A DNA stretch of 32,000 nucleotides from Pseudomonas aeruginosa. Its GTDB lineage: Bacteria > Pseudomonadota > Gammaproteobacteria > Pseudomonadales > Pseudomonadaceae. Within the stretch, counting starts at the first letter, position 1. The number at the start of each line of letters is the position of its first letter. The position numbers were made by a program, and so were the translations under genes. The DNA is taken from assembly GCF_001457615.1 (NCBI RefSeq), contig NZ_LN831024.1, positions 2,700,001-2,732,000 of the forward strand, written 5' to 3'. Below, piece by piece: positions 1-9,294 of this stretch. The notes under the pieces were generated by a model that did not search any database, had not been told where the DNA came from, and saw only the letters and a program-made list of their open reading frames with translations.

Positions 1-369
1 GAGGCGTTCCTCACGGTGAGCCAGCCGGCCGAGCTGGACCGTCAGTTGGCTGCGGCCAAGGCCGAGGGACAATGGGTGCTGCTCGACTACTACGCTGACT
101 GGTGCGTGTCCTGCCGGATCATGGAGAAACAGGTGTTTGCCAAGCCCGATGTGCTCGCCGCCCTGCAGGGCGTGCGCCTGCTGCGGCTCGACGTGACCGC
201 GGATAACGCCGCCAGCCGCGAGCTGCTGCACCGCTACCAGGTACCCGGCCCGCCGAGCCTGATCTGGATCGGCCCGGAAGGCGAGGAGCGCCGCGCGCGC
301 CGGTTGACCGGCGAAGTCGACGCCGGCGGCTTCCTCGCCCATTGGCAGGCGACCCGGGAGCGCGGCTGA
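1..369 (+). CDS. dsbD: Thiol:disulfide interchange protein DsbD, C-terminal thioredoxin-like domain (5' end cut by window edge)
   Basis: Frame 1 is open from nt 1 (track ORF 16..369). It has the thioredoxin active site WCVSC in a DYYADWC context. Stop TGA 367-369 overlaps the next start (TGATG). A tlpA-like gene and dsbG lie directly downstream. Confidence 0.8.
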   Translation, partial: EAFLTVSQPAELDRQLAAAKAEGQWVLLDYYADWCVSCRIMEKQVFAKPDVLAALQGVRLLRLDVTADNAASRELLHRYQVPGPPSLIWIGPEGEERRARRLTGEVDAGGFLAHWQATRERG

Positions 370-1205
370 TGCTGAGTTTTTCCCTGGGGCCGCTGGTGGT
401 CTCGCTGCAACACCTGCTGCTGTTCCTCGCCCTCGGCGCCGCGCTGCTCGGTGGTTGGCTGGCGGCGCGCGGCGGCGGGCGCAACGCCGAGCCGGTGCTG
501 TTCAACCTGTTGTTGCTCGGCCTGCTGGTGGCGCGCCTGGCCTTCGTGGTGCGCTACTGGCCGCAGTACCGTGGCGACTTCGCACAGATGCTGGATATCC
601 GCGATGGCGGTTTCCTCGCCTGGCCAGGCCTGCTCGCCGCCGTGCTCGGCGCGCTGTTCTGGGCCTGGCGGCGACCGGCGCTACGTCGCTCGCTGGGTGT
701 CGGCGCCAGCCTCGGACTGGCGTTCTGGCTGCTTGGCAGCCTGGGCCTGGGCATCTACGAGCGCGGTACGCGTCTGCCCGAACTGAGCCTGCGCAACGCC
801 GCCGGCGAGTCGGTGCAACTGGCCGATTTCCGGGGCCGCCCGCTGGTGATCAACCTCTGGGCCAGTTGGTGCCCGCCGTGTCGGCGTGAGATGCCGGTGC
901 TGCAACAGGCGCAGGCGGAGAATCCCGACGTGGTGTTCCTCTTCGCCAACCAGGGCGAGAGCGCCGAGACCGTGCGCCATTTCCTCCAGGGCGAGAACCT
1001 GCGCCTGGACAACCTGCTGTTCGACAACGGCGGGCAGCTTGGCCAGCAGGTCGGCTCGGTCGCCTTGCCCACCACCGTTTTCTACACCGCCGAGGGCCGC
1101 CTGCTGGGCAGCCATCTCGGCGAACTGTCCCGCGGCAGCCTGGCGCGCTACCTCGAAGCCTTCGAGCCGGCCGCTGCCGCCCCCGCAACCAGGAGTTCCG
1201 AATGA
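369..1205 (+). CDS. Membrane-anchored TlpA/ResA-like thiol:disulfide oxidoreductase (thioredoxin fold)
   Basis: Track ORF 342..1205. ATG at 369 overlaps the dsbD stop, so it is the likely true start (MLSFSLGP...). The N-terminal half has several hydrophobic helices. The C-terminal half has the WASWCPPC redox motif typical of the TlpA/ResA/DsbE family. Confidence 0.8.
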   Translation: MLSFSLGPLVVSLQHLLLFLALGAALLGGWLAARGGGRNAEPVLFNLLLLGLLVARLAFVVRYWPQYRGDFAQMLDIRDGGFLAWPGLLAAVLGALFWAWRRPALRRSLGVGASLGLAFWLLGSLGLGIYERGTRLPELSLRNAAGESVQLADFRGRPLVINLWASWCPPCRREMPVLQQAQAENPDVVFLFANQGESAETVRHFLQGENLRLDNLLFDNGGQLGQQVGSVALPTTVFYTAEGRLLGSHLGELSRGSLARYLEAFEPAAAAPATRSSE

Positions 1206-1972
1206 GACTGCCGCGCAACCTGATCACCCTTGGCCTGGGCCTGACCCTCCTCAACGCCGGCCTGGCCACGGCGGCGGAGGAGCTGCCGGCGCCGATCCGC
1301 ATGGTCCAGGAGAAGGGCGCCCGCATCCTCGGCAGCTTCGACGCCCCGGATGGCCTGCGCGGATACGCCGCCGAATACCAGAACCAGGGCATGGCGCTGT
1401 ACCTGACGCCCGACGGCAAGCACGTACTCACCGGCCACCTGTTCGACGCCCAGGGCAAGGACCTCAGCCGCGAACCGCTGGAGCGCCTGGTGTATGCGCC
1501 GCTGGCCAAGGAAATGTGGCAGAAGATGGAGCAGAGCGCCTGGATCGCCGATGGCCGTGCCGACGCGCCGCGCGTGGTCTACCTGTTCAGCGACCCGAAC
1601 TGCCCGTACTGCACCATGTTCTGGGAGCAGGCGCGACCCTGGGTGGATGCCGGCAAGGTGCAGTTGCGGCATATCATGGTCGGCATCATTCGCGAGGACA
1701 GCGAAGCCAAGTCCGCTGCGCTGCTGGCCAGCAAGGACCCGCAGAAGGCCCTGCACGACCATGAGCAGGCGGGCAAGGCCAGCACCCTGAAGCCGCTTGC
1801 GAAGATCCCGGCGGCGGTGCGCAAGCAGCTCGCCGGCAACATGGAACTGATGGAGTCGATGGGCGCCGCGGCGACCCCGGCGATCTTCTATCTCAATGCC
1901 GAGGGGCGCATGCAGCAGCAACAGGGCGCGCCGCAGCCGGACCAGTTGGCGGAGATCCTCGGTCCGCGTTGA
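1202..1972 (+). CDS. dsbG: Periplasmic disulfide isomerase/chaperone DsbG
   Basis: 256 aa with a signal peptide (LLNAGLATAAEE). It has an N-terminal dimerisation domain and a thioredoxin domain with the DsbG-type CPYC motif (FSDPNCPYCTMFW). The start overlaps the upstream stop (ATGA). Confidence 0.85.
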   Translation: MRLPRNLITLGLGLTLLNAGLATAAEELPAPIRMVQEKGARILGSFDAPDGLRGYAAEYQNQGMALYLTPDGKHVLTGHLFDAQGKDLSREPLERLVYAPLAKEMWQKMEQSAWIADGRADAPRVVYLFSDPNCPYCTMFWEQARPWVDAGKVQLRHIMVGIIREDSEAKSAALLASKDPQKALHDHEQAGKASTLKPLAKIPAAVRKQLAGNMELMESMGAAATPAIFYLNAEGRMQQQQGAPQPDQLAEILGPR

Positions 1973-1979
1973 TCCTCCG

Positions 1980-2001
1980 GGCCGGCGCCGAGCCGCCGGC
2001 C
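1980..2001 (+). terminator. GC-rich hairpin after dsbG (possible terminator)
   Basis: GGCCGGCG-ccgagc-CGCCGGCC is a perfect 8-bp stem lying 8 nt after the dsbG stop. No clear U-tract follows. Confidence 0.3.
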
Positions 2002-2044
2002 ATCTATACTCCCTGCGTTACGCCAACCCAGCGGAGCGAGGGCC

Positions 2045-3379
2045 ATGGACGACGCATTCAGCGAGGAAGGCAGCGCGCAGCCGCGCCATGACGCTCAGCG
2101 TCCGGCGCTGGCCTCGCGGAGCGACGGTTTCGACATCCACACCTACCATCCCGACTTCGTCGCCGATCCCTATCCGCTGTTGCGGCTGATCCGCTCCCGT
2201 GCGCCGGTCTGCCGCGACCAGGCCTCGATCTGGTGGATCAGTCGCTATGCCGATGTCTCGGCGTGCCTGCGCGACCGCCGTTTCTCCGCCGACCCCGCTC
2301 GCCTTGGCGCCGCCGGCGTCCGCCAGGGCGGCGCCAGCTGGTTCGGCCACCAGCAATTGCAACCGCTGGCGCGCTTCTACGACAACTTCATGCTGTTCAA
2401 TGACGCGCCGCGGCACACCCGCCTGCGCAGGCTGTTCGCTCCGGCCTTCGGCCCCGACGCCGTGCGCCGCTGGGAGGCGTGCATCGAGGCGCTGGTGGAA
2501 GAGCTCCTCGACAGCTTGCTGGAGCGCCGCGAGCCCGATCTGCTCAGGGACTTCGCCGAACCGCTGACGATCCGGGTGGCCGCCGAGCTGTTCGGCTTTC
2601 CCCGCGAAGATACCGGGCAACTGCTGCCCTGGGGCCGCGACCTGGCCGCCGGGCTCGATCTCGCCGCCAGCCACGGCGATGCCGGGCAGATCAACCGCAG
2701 CGCGGCCGCCTTCAGCGACTACCTGCAACGCCAGGCGCGCGGCTGGAGCGATGGCTCTTCGCACCCGCCGCCCGGCGCGGCGCCGAGCATCCTCGACGGC
2801 GCCGCGATGCTGGAGGCCGGACTGGGCCTCGAGGACCTGGTGGCGGCCTATGCCATGGTGTTCATGGCCGCGTTCGAAACCACCATCAGCATGGTCGGCA
2901 ACGCTACGCTGGCGCTGCTCACCCATCCCGACCAGCTCGATCTGCTGCGGCGGTGCCCGGAGCTGGCGGCGAACGCGGTGGAGGAACTGCTGCGCTTCGA
3001 TGGCGCGGTGCGCGGCGGCGTGCGTTGCACCCTGGAGGAGGTGGAGATCGGCGGCCAGCGGATTCCGCCTGGAGAGAAGGTCTGGCTGAGCTTCCTCGCG
3101 GCGAACCGCGACCCGGAGATGTTCGCCGCCCCCGACCGCCTGCAATTGCAGCGAGCGAACGCCAAGCAGCACGTGGCGTTCGCCCATGGTCCGCACTACT
3201 GCCTGGGCGCGTACCTGGCCCGGCTCGAATTGCAATGCGCATTGCGCGGCCTGGTGCGTCGCCGTTTCGCCCTGGCCTCGGAACCGAGGGACCTGCGCTG
3301 GCGGCGCAGCTCGGTGTTCCGCACCCTGGAGCGCTTGCCGATCGTCCCGGAAGGCGACGCTCAGAAGACCTGCGAGTAG
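2045..3379 (+). CDS. Cytochrome P450 monooxygenase
   Basis: 444 aa with the heme-thiolate loop FAHGPHYCLGAYLARLE (FxxGxHxCxG), an ExxR-like ELLRFD motif, and the I-helix-like segment AAFETT. No ferredoxin or reductase partner gene is adjacent. Confidence 0.9.
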   Translation: MDDAFSEEGSAQPRHDAQRPALASRSDGFDIHTYHPDFVADPYPLLRLIRSRAPVCRDQASIWWISRYADVSACLRDRRFSADPARLGAAGVRQGGASWFGHQQLQPLARFYDNFMLFNDAPRHTRLRRLFAPAFGPDAVRRWEACIEALVEELLDSLLERREPDLLRDFAEPLTIRVAAELFGFPREDTGQLLPWGRDLAAGLDLAASHGDAGQINRSAAAFSDYLQRQARGWSDGSSHPPPGAAPSILDGAAMLEAGLGLEDLVAAYAMVFMAAFETTISMVGNATLALLTHPDQLDLLRRCPELAANAVEELLRFDGAVRGGVRCTLEEVEIGGQRIPPGEKVWLSFLAANRDPEMFAAPDRLQLQRANAKQHVAFAHGPHYCLGAYLARLELQCALRGLVRRRFALASEPRDLRWRRSSVFRTLERLPIVPEGDAQKTCE

Positions 3380-4272
3380 CGCAGGATCAGCCGGCTGCCC
3401 TCGCTGCGGTTGCGTGCGCCGTATTCGTGATGGGCGTTGAGGAACAGCCGCGACTTGCCCCAGCCGAACATCAGCGCCGGGCCGATGGCATCGACCCGCT
3501 CGCGGGAGTCCGGGCGGTCGTGGCCGTCGACCCGCTCGTCGGTGATCTGTCGCAGGCTGTAGCCGGACAACCCGAGCCGCCAATGCGCATCCAGCGCCAG
3601 CGATACCGAGTAGTTGGCGTGGAACGCCTGGCCCGGTTGCAGGTAGTCGTCGGCCAACGGCGGCGCCGGGTCGCGATTCTTGCCCGGCAACAGGTACTGC
3701 AGGCGAGCGCTGGCTTCCCAGCCTTCGGCGAATTCCCAGGTCAGCGCGTAGTGCGGGTTGAAGCTCCAGTGGTTGCTGCCGGGATTTATCGCCCGATGCC
3801 TGTCGTAGCGCCCGGTGGGTAACTGGAAGGCGAGGTTCAGGCGCTGCCAGTAGGGCCGGCCGAACAGCTCGGTCTGCGGCCATTGCAGGATGAACGGACT
3901 GACGATCAGGTTGCCGAGGCCGTTGGCGCTGCCGGCGTGGGGTTCGAAGTCGGGATCGGCGAGCAGCACCGGGACGAGGATTTCCGCGCCGTAGTAGGCG
4001 CCGAACAGCTGGTGCTGGCTGATGTGGGCGAAGTGGCTGGTGGCGAGCAGGGTGCGCAGGCGGTTGTCGAGCGGGCGCCGGTGACCGTTGGCGTCCATGA
4101 AGTCGTCGGCCTCGTAGATATTCACGAACTGCTGGAACAGCGTGCCGGGCAGGGCCTTGCCGTCGAGGAAGGAGGTCTGGCCGAGGTTCATCCCCGGCAG
4201 CGCGGCGATAGCCTGGAACGGAGGCAGCAGCAGGGGCAGGGCCAGCAGGCTGGCCCGGATGCGGGTGGTCAT
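3361..4272 (-). CDS. Outer-membrane beta-barrel channel, MetA-pathway/phenol-degradation-like (SphA-like) transporter family; last gene of the gentisate operon
   Basis: Track ORF 3361..4302 starts at a GTG. The ATG at 4272 has an AAGGA Shine-Dalgarno 8 nt upstream. It has a signal peptide (LLALPLLLPPFQAIAALPG), alternating beta-strand-like sequence, and a C-terminal aromatic residue (..YSQVF) typical of OMPs. The family assignment is from memory of the motif pattern. Confidence 0.6.
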   Translation of the reverse strand: MTTRIRASLLALPLLLPPFQAIAALPGMNLGQTSFLDGKALPGTLFQQFVNIYEADDFMDANGHRRPLDNRLRTLLATSHFAHISQHQLFGAYYGAEILVPVLLADPDFEPHAGSANGLGNLIVSPFILQWPQTELFGRPYWQRLNLAFQLPTGRYDRHRAINPGSNHWSFNPHYALTWEFAEGWEASARLQYLLPGKNRDPAPPLADDYLQPGQAFHANYSVSLALDAHWRLGLSGYSLRQITDERVDGHDRPDSRERVDAIGPALMFGWGKSRLFLNAHHEYGARNRSEGSRLILRYSQVF

Positions 4273-4313
4273 GGGCGTGTCCTTCTTGTTGTTGTTTTCC
4301 ACGGGGCAGCGCG

Positions 4314-4958
4314 TCAGTCCGGCAGGTAGTCGGGCTGGCGCTCGGGGCTGGCGCGCTGGAAGGCTTCGAGCGCCAGGCAGCGCCCCTCCAGTTCGAGCAA
4401 CGCCGGGTAGGGCGCCAGGTCACAGCCCATGCGCCGGGCGTTGGCCAGTTGCGGTACCAGGCAGCACTCGACGATGCCCGCTGCGGCGCCGGCGAAGAAG
4501 GCGCCGCGACGGTGTCGGTTCAGCAGGGTCTCCGCCGCCGCCAGGCCCTCGGCGACCCAGTGCGCGTACCAGCGCTGGCGGTCCTCGGCGTCTATGCCGA
4601 GGACCTGGGTCAGGTACTTGAGCACCCGCACGTTGTTCAGCGGATGGATGTCGCAGGCCACCAGCAGGGCCAGTTCCAGCGCCTGGGCGCGATGCAGTGG
4701 GTCGAGAGGGATCAGGCGCGGTTCGGGCTGCACGGCATCGAGATAGTCGATGATCGCCAGCGACTGGCTGAACCGACGGCCGTCGGCGTCGACCAGGGTC
4801 GGCAGCGCGCCCATCGGGTTGCGCTGGCGGTCGGCCGGGCGCAGTTGCTCGCCCTGCCGCAGGTTGACCGGCACTACCTGGTAATCCAGACCTTTCAGGG
4901 CCAATGCGATACGCACCCGATAGGACGTGGAGCTGTTGAAGAAGCTGTAGAGCTGCAT
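4314..4958 (-). CDS. GST-zeta family maleylpyruvate/maleylacetoacetate isomerase
   Basis: 214 aa. The N-terminus MQLYSFFNSSTSYRVRIALALKGL is characteristic of zeta-class GST isomerases. The gene sits in an operon with gentisate dioxygenase and a FAH hydrolase. Confidence 0.85.
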   Translation of the reverse strand: MQLYSFFNSSTSYRVRIALALKGLDYQVVPVNLRQGEQLRPADRQRNPMGALPTLVDADGRRFSQSLAIIDYLDAVQPEPRLIPLDPLHRAQALELALLVACDIHPLNNVRVLKYLTQVLGIDAEDRQRWYAHWVAEGLAAAETLLNRHRRGAFFAGAAAGIVECCLVPQLANARRMGCDLAPYPALLELEGRCLALEAFQRASPERQPDYLPD

Positions 4959-4970
4959 GGAAAGTCCTGT

Positions 4971-6317
4971 TCAGAGAGTGGTGGGAGAAGGCCTGGCCCG
5001 GCGCCGGCCCAGGCGATGCACGGCCACGGCGGCGAGCAGCGCCGGGATCACCAGCAGGGCGAGGATGCCGCTGAAGCCCAGGCCCAGGCCGAGCAGGGCG
5101 CCGCCGCTAAGGGAGCCGACGATCGAGCCGATGCGGCCCAGGCCGAGGGCCCAGCTGACCCCGGTGGCGCGGCTGCGGGTCGGATAGAAATCGGCGGCCA
5201 GGGCGTTGGCGCCGACCTGCGAGCCGCTGATGCAGAAACCGACGCCGGCGACGCACAGCGCCAGCAGGGCGAAGCTGTGGTAGAGGCTGGCGATGCCGAG
5301 GATGAACAGGGCGCCGCCGACGTAGGCCAGGCTCAGCACCCGGTGCGCGTCGAAGCGATCCATGGCGCTGCCCAGGAGGAGTGCGCCGAGGGTGCCGCCG
5401 AGCTGGAACATGGCGCTGATCGTCGCCGCCTCGCCGAGACTGAAGCCGGTGCCGCCGATCAGCGTCGGCAGCCAGTTGGTCAGCAGGTAGATGATCAGCA
5501 GGCCCATGAAAAAGGTGGCCCAGAGCAGCAGGGTGCCGCCGCGCAGCTCGGCGCCGAGGATCTGCCGCAGGGGCGAGGTGCCGTCGGACTCGTCGGCGGG
5601 CAGTTCGAGGCGTCCGGCCCAGCCGTCGGGCAGGCGCCCCAGGCGTTCGAGGATGCGCCGCAGGCGCGCCGCGTCCGGTGCGCGGCGGGCGAGGAAGCGC
5701 ACCGACTCCGGCAGGCATGCCCAGAGCAGCGGCAGGCTCGCCAGGGGCAGGCCGCCGCCGAGCAGCAGCACGCTTTCCCAGCCCAACGCCGGGACCATCC
5801 GCGCGGCGAGCAGGCCGCCCAGCGCCGAGCCGAGGGTGAAGCCGCAGAACATCGCGGTGACCATCAGCGCGCGGTGCCGGCGCGGGCAGTATTCGGAGGT
5901 CAGGGTGATCGCGTTGGGCATCGCCCCGCCCAGGCCGAGGCCGGTGAAAAAGCGCAGCAGGGCCAGGGTTTCCACCGAACCGGCGTAGGCCGAGGCGAGG
6001 CTCCAGCCGCCGAAGAACAGCACCGAGAGCAGGAGCACGCTCTTGCGTCCGAAACGGTCGGCCAGCGGGCCGGCGGCGAAGGCGCCGAGGGCCAGGCCGG
6101 CCAGCGCGGCGCCGAGGATCGGGCTGAGTTGCGCCGGGCTCAGTTGCCAGTCGTGGGCCAGGGCCGGGGCGATGAAGCCGATGGCGGCGGTGTCGAATCC
6201 GTCCATGGCGACGATCAGGAAGCACAGCGACAGGACTCGCAACTGGAAGGCGGAAACCGCCTGCGCATCGATGAAAGCCTGGACGTCGATCTTGTTGTTC
6301 TTGTCGGGCGTAGGCAT
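4971..6317 (-). CDS. MFS aromatic-acid/H+ symporter (gentisate or hydroxybenzoate transporter candidate)
   Basis: 448 aa with about 12 hydrophobic segments. It has MFS signature loops (GPLADRFGRKSV, PESVRFL) resembling the PcaK/MhbT-type AAHS subfamily. It is embedded in the gentisate operon. Confidence 0.8.
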   Translation of the reverse strand: MPTPDKNNKIDVQAFIDAQAVSAFQLRVLSLCFLIVAMDGFDTAAIGFIAPALAHDWQLSPAQLSPILGAALAGLALGAFAAGPLADRFGRKSVLLLSVLFFGGWSLASAYAGSVETLALLRFFTGLGLGGAMPNAITLTSEYCPRRHRALMVTAMFCGFTLGSALGGLLAARMVPALGWESVLLLGGGLPLASLPLLWACLPESVRFLARRAPDAARLRRILERLGRLPDGWAGRLELPADESDGTSPLRQILGAELRGGTLLLWATFFMGLLIIYLLTNWLPTLIGGTGFSLGEAATISAMFQLGGTLGALLLGSAMDRFDAHRVLSLAYVGGALFILGIASLYHSFALLALCVAGVGFCISGSQVGANALAADFYPTRSRATGVSWALGLGRIGSIVGSLSGGALLGLGLGFSGILALLVIPALLAAVAVHRLGRRRARPSPTTL

Positions 6318-6394
6318 GAGCGTTCCTCGGCCGTCGCCTTGGCGACAGCCCGGATGAAGGGCAGGGTGGGCCCGCGCCGTGCGCGGGCGGTGGG

Positions 6395-7093
6395 TCAGAC
6401 CACGCGGACGCTGAGTTCGCCGAGGCCGTCGATGGCGCCGAGCATCCGCTCGCCGCGCTCGACCGCGCCGACGCCTTCCGGGGTGCCGGTGAAGACCAGG
6501 TCGCCGGGGCGCAGCTCGAAGAAGCGCGACAGGTAGCTGACGGTTTCCGCCACCGACCAGATCAACTGGTCGATGTCGCTGCGCTGGCGATCCTCGCCGT
6601 CGACCTGGAGGCTGATGGCGGCGTGGCGCGGATGGCCGACCTGGCTGGCAGGGTAGAGCGGGCCGATCGGCGCCGAGCGGTCGAAGGCCTTGCCGATCTC
6701 CCAGGGCCGGCCCATCTCGCGCATGCGCATCTGCAGGTCGCGGCGGGTCATGTCCAGGCCCACCGCGTAGCCCCAGACGTGTTCCTCGGCCTGCTCCAGG
6801 GGGATGTCGCAGCCGCCCTTGCCGATCGCCGCCACCAGTTCGATCTCGTAGTGGTAGTTGCCGGTCTGGCTCGGGTAGGCCAGCTCCAGGGTGCTGCCGG
6901 CGGCGACCGGGACCACCGCGTCGGCCGGCTTGCAGAAGAAGAACGGCGGCTCGCGCTCGGGATCGAAGCCCATTTCCCGGGCGTGGGCGGCGTAGTTGCG
7001 GCCGACGCAGTAGACCCGCCGCACCGGGAAGGTCTGGTCGCTGCCATGGATGGTGAGGCTGACGGGTGCTTCGGGCGCGAAGAGATGGTTCAT
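6395..7093 (-). CDS. Fumarylacetoacetate hydrolase family protein (fumarylpyruvate hydrolase)
   Basis: 232 aa of the FAH fold family (VYCVGRNYAAHAREMG, GDLVFTGTPEGVG). It lies directly downstream of gentisate 1,2-dioxygenase. Confidence 0.85.
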   Translation of the reverse strand: MNHLFAPEAPVSLTIHGSDQTFPVRRVYCVGRNYAAHAREMGFDPEREPPFFFCKPADAVVPVAAGSTLELAYPSQTGNYHYEIELVAAIGKGGCDIPLEQAEEHVWGYAVGLDMTRRDLQMRMREMGRPWEIGKAFDRSAPIGPLYPASQVGHPRHAAISLQVDGEDRQRSDIDQLIWSVAETVSYLSRFFELRPGDLVFTGTPEGVGAVERGERMLGAIDGLGELSVRVV

Positions 7094-7105
7094 GGGACGG
7101 GTCCT

Positions 7106-8167
7106 TCAGTGGGCGAGGGTTTCGCGGGATTCGCGGAGGATGCCGAGCGCCTGCTGCACAGGGCGGTCGGAGAAACTGAACAGCACGCAGTCGGTGGCGC
7201 CGGCTTCCAGGCGCAGCTCGGCCCAGGAGGGCACGACGAACAGATCCTTGGCCTCGAAGGCGAAGCGCCGGCCGCCGATCTGCGCCACGCCGCTGCCTTC
7301 CACCACCGAATAGACGCTGGCGTCGGTGCTGCGCGCGGGCTGCCCGAGGAAGCCGGCCGGCAGCAGTTGCAGGCAGGTGGCGATGGTCGGCATGGCCCAG
7401 CCGCCGGTGGCCGGGTTGACGTAGCGCAGCTTGTGGCCTTCCCAGGGATCGGGCCGTTCGAGGCGCGCCAGGCGCTCGAGGGCCTCGCGGCTGCGCGCGT
7501 AGGGGTAGCTGAACAGCGGCGAGGTCGGCGTCGTCGGCTGATGGCGCAGCGGCAGCATGTTGCTGCCGTAGCGGGCGAGGCTGTCGCCTTCGCCACGTCG
7601 CAACGGCTGTACCGGTTCGTCATGGTTTTCGGCGAAGGTGGCGCCGAAGAAACGCAGCATCGGGATGTCCAGGCCGTCCAGCCAGACCACCGGCTCGCCG
7701 CCTTCTGCGGCGGCGCGGTTGCCGTGGTCGTGCCAGGTCCAGGACGGGGTGATGATGAAGTCGCCCGGCTCCATGCGGGTGCGTTCGCCGTCCACCGAGG
7801 TGTAGGCGCCGTAGCCCTCGACGACGAAGCGCAGGGCCGACTGGGTGTGCCGGTGGCTGGGGGCGATCTCGCCCGGCAGGATCAGTTGCAGGCCGGCGTA
7901 GAGGCTCGGGGTGATCGCCGACTGGCCGGGAAGGTCCGGGTTCTCCAGCACCAGCACGCGGCGCACCGCTTCCTCGGCGCTGATCAGGTCGCCTGCCTCG
8001 AGCAGGAACGGGCGCAGTTCGCGATAGCGCCACAGCGCCGCCTGGCAGCCGCCGGCGGGTTGCGCCGGGACCAGGCTGTGCAGGGCTTCCCAGAGCGGGG
8101 TGAGGTGCTGCTGGCGGATGCGTCGATAGAAGTCGGCGCGCTTCTCGGTGGAATTGTCGTTATGCAT
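7106..8167 (-). CDS. gtdA: Gentisate 1,2-dioxygenase (bicupin)
   Basis: 353 aa with a cupin metal motif ([15 protein letters not shown]...[16 protein letters not shown]) and a second cupin half. The pathway neighbours (isomerase, hydrolase) are present. Confidence 0.9.
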   Translation of the reverse strand: MHNDNSTEKRADFYRRIRQQHLTPLWEALHSLVPAQPAGGCQAALWRYRELRPFLLEAGDLISAEEAVRRVLVLENPDLPGQSAITPSLYAGLQLILPGEIAPSHRHTQSALRFVVEGYGAYTSVDGERTRMEPGDFIITPSWTWHDHGNRAAAEGGEPVVWLDGLDIPMLRFFGATFAENHDEPVQPLRRGEGDSLARYGSNMLPLRHQPTTPTSPLFSYPYARSREALERLARLERPDPWEGHKLRYVNPATGGWAMPTIATCLQLLPAGFLGQPARSTDASVYSVVEGSGVAQIGGRRFAFEAKDLFVVPSWAELRLEAGATDCVLFSFSDRPVQQALGILRESRETLAH

Positions 8168-8215
8168 ACCGATGAATCTCCGGCGGGAGGAGGCGGGGCC
8201 GCCTCGGTCTGGTAG

Positions 8216-8250
8216 TCATTATTCGAGGTGAAGGCATAACCGAATAATGA
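8216..8250. promoter_or_regulatory. AT-rich perfect inverted repeat in the gtdA/LysR divergent promoter region (candidate LysR operator)
   Basis: TCATTATTCG-N15-CGAATAATGA has 10-bp perfect arms and contains T-N11-A type motifs. It lies between the divergent starts at 8167 (-) and 8292 (+). Confidence 0.45.
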
Positions 8251-8291
8251 TATTTAGACATCGACCTATACGTATTCGAGGATGGCTTGCG

Positions 8292-9206
8292 ATGGACTGG
8301 ACCCGCCGCCTGCGCCTGCAACACCTGCAACTGCTGGTCAGCCTGATGGAGACCGGCAACCTCAGCGGCACCGCCCGGGCCGCACACACCACCCAACCGG
8401 GCCTGTCGAAGTGGCTCAAGGAACTGGAGGAGGACGTCGGCGCGCCGCTGTTCGAGCGTCACGCCCGTGGCCTGCGCCCGACGCCCTATGGCATGACCCT
8501 GTTCAACCACGCCCAGCGCGTACTCACCGAGATGGAGCGGGCGCGGCAGAACCTCGAGGCGATGCGCAGCGGCAGCGGCAGCCGGGTGCTCCTTGGCACG
8601 TCGCCGGCCTCCGCGCCGAGCCTGGTGCCGCGCGCATTGCGGGCGTTCCTCGGACGCTACCCCGGGGCCCAGGTGGAACTGCTCGAAGGCACCATGAACG
8701 GCCTTCTCGAACGGCTGGAGAAACGCCAGCTCGATGTGGTGGTGGGGCGCCTGGACAACTATGCGCCGCGCGCCAGCCTGCGCTGCGAGGTGCTCTACAG
8801 CGAGGCGATCGTGGTGATGGCGCGCCCCGGTCACCCCCTGGCCCAGGCCGCCGCGCTGGACTGGGAAGACGTGCGGCGCTACGACTGGATCGTCTGGCCG
8901 CCCGGCTCGCCGATCCGCAGCAAGCTCGACATGGCCCTGACCCAGGGCGGCCGGCAGCCGCCGGCCTACCGCCTGGAGTCATCGTCGATGCTGGCCAACA
9001 TCGAATTGTTGCGTGGCAGCGACATGCTGTCCATCGGCTCGGCGCGGGTGGTCGAGCACCTTGCCGGGCTCGGCCTGGTGGCCAGGCTGGCGCTGGAGAT
9101 TCCCGGCGAGGGCGCGGTGGGCATGTGCTGGCGCGACGAACCGCACCGCGACCGTGCCAGCGAAGACCTGCTGGCCTGCCTGCGCGAAGGCGCGGCGGCC
9201 GAGTAG
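8292..9206 (+). CDS. LysR-family transcriptional regulator (divergent from the gentisate operon)
   Basis: Track ORF 8247..9206. The ATG at 8292 gives the typical LysR N-terminal HTH (MDWTRRLRLQHLQLLVSLMETGNLSGTARAAHTTQPGLSKWLKELE), and GAGGA lies upstream. The C-terminal half is a substrate-binding domain. Confidence 0.85.
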   Translation: MDWTRRLRLQHLQLLVSLMETGNLSGTARAAHTTQPGLSKWLKELEEDVGAPLFERHARGLRPTPYGMTLFNHAQRVLTEMERARQNLEAMRSGSGSRVLLGTSPASAPSLVPRALRAFLGRYPGAQVELLEGTMNGLLERLEKRQLDVVVGRLDNYAPRASLRCEVLYSEAIVVMARPGHPLAQAAALDWEDVRRYDWIVWPPGSPIRSKLDMALTQGGRQPPAYRLESSSMLANIELLRGSDMLSIGSARVVEHLAGLGLVARLALEIPGEGAVGMCWRDEPHRDRASEDLLACLREGAAAE

Positions 9207-9250
9207 GGCGCCGGCCGGCGGGTGCTATTGCAAAAAGGCCGCGGCTTCTC

Positions 9251-9269
9251 GACAATGCGATTCATTATC
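9251..9269. promoter_or_regulatory. Fur box upstream of foxI
   Basis: GACAATGCGATTCATTATC matches 15 of 19 positions of the Fur consensus GATAATGATAATCATTATC. It lies 26 nt upstream of the foxI ATG. Confidence 0.7.
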
Positions 9270-9294
9270 ATTCATGTGTCGCCCCGACTTTCCC

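Noticed and set aside
2018-4423. 801-aa minus-strand ORF spanning the P450 and OMP region
   Set aside because: This is the same high-GC antisense artefact. It overlaps the P450 gene (heme loop present on the plus strand) and is out of frame with the real OMP gene.
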